64,000 nt of DNA, taken from positions 6,906,234-6,970,233 of the forward strand of contig OZ316894.1 of NCBI GenBank assembly GCA_973895155.1, read 5' to 3'. Every line of letters begins with the position of its first letter. Positions within the stretch are counted from its first letter, which is position 1. The DNA is from Marsupella aquatica (taxonomy: Eukaryota; Plantae; Marchantiophyta). Below the pieces are notes generated by a model. The model did not search any database, was not told where the DNA came from, and saw nothing but the letters and a program-made list of their open reading frames with translations. The position numbers and the translations under genes are program-made. Shown here in pieces: positions 63,334 through 64,000 of this stretch.

Positions 63334-64000
63334 TCATGAAGACTTCTTTTTCTTCATTTTCTTCTTGCCTTTGGCCTTCAAAGTCGTTGGCTGATCAGCA
63401 GTCAGCAACTTGGAAACTTTTTTCTTCAATTTCTTATTCGGACCACTGGTGCCACTACCATGCTTTAATTTCTTGCTGATGATGTCGTCCTGGTCCTGCC
63501 ACAAACGTCAAGGTTTTAGTTTCTTATCTGTTTAATTACTATCTACGACCTGTAAACTTTACTACTCCGGCATGACCAGGAAACTTTATGTGCTGTACTA
63601 CTGCACTAACCACGAGCCCTCATAATGAGCAGATGGGCTATAAAGAGCACTTACGAATAGCGAACAGGTAACAGAAGGAAATCAAATGTCGACACCTACA
63701 ATTTATGGAGAAGAAAAGAATGTTCCACCAACTGCCCGGTACAAAGGTCTGGTCCTCATCACCGGCAGATAAACAAGCTAACGGATCATTGCCAATTCAT
63801 ATAACCTTGGCCATTGCTGAAGGCTACGAGTACACCTGCTGAAGTGGACTAGAGAACTATTATCGAATTCAGTCTTCAGATAGACTAACGGGAAAATATT
63901 AAGACAATCCACCTCATCCGTATCAGAGAAGGAATTAACGTGTCGCACTTTTGCAACTGCAACAGAGCGCCCTTTGGCATTCTCCACCGCACGTTCAACC
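63334..64000 (-). CDS. Possible 3' part of a spliced minus-strand gene with a Lys-rich C-terminus (continues beyond the window)
   Basis: Acceptor TTTGTGGCAG| opens the frame DQDDIISKKLKHGSG..KAKGKKKMKKKKSS* (stop at 63334-63336). An upstream open frame reads VERAVENAKGRSVAVAK. The exon joins are unresolved. Confidence 0.35.

Overview
Eukaryotic, intron-containing plant nuclear DNA. Gene content and repeat types suggest a non-seed land plant, probably a bryophyte such as a liverwort (inference). Seven protein-coding genes are supported: a YbeY endoribonuclease-HAD hydrolase fusion (6011-11521,+), a long orphan coiled-coil protein (14636-23234,+), a GH3 beta-xylosidase (25116-30980,-), a CYP71-clan P450 (39808-41816,+), an intronless LCBK2-like lipid kinase (49004-49981,+), a membrane-anchored WCPYC thioredoxin-domain protein (55983-59316,+) and an intronless microbial-type DUF1348 (NTF2/SnoaL-like) gene (60300-60722,+). 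A partial minus-strand gene may lie at the right edge. Mobile DNA includes a decayed RT plus restriction-like-endonuclease (CRE-type) non-LTR element nested in a probable Helitron (1-5149), decayed L1 LINEs and two Mutator-type MITEs with target-site duplications. No rRNA, tRNA or CRISPR array was recognised. The most notable points are the candidate horizontally acquired DUF1348 gene, the CRE-in-Helitron nesting, a telomere-repeat insertion with an 11-bp flanking duplication next to the P450 TATA box, the unusual thioredoxin architecture, and a duplicated first exon in the xylosidase promoter. I found no clear multi-gene novel system. Exon boundaries were read by eye and are approximate.
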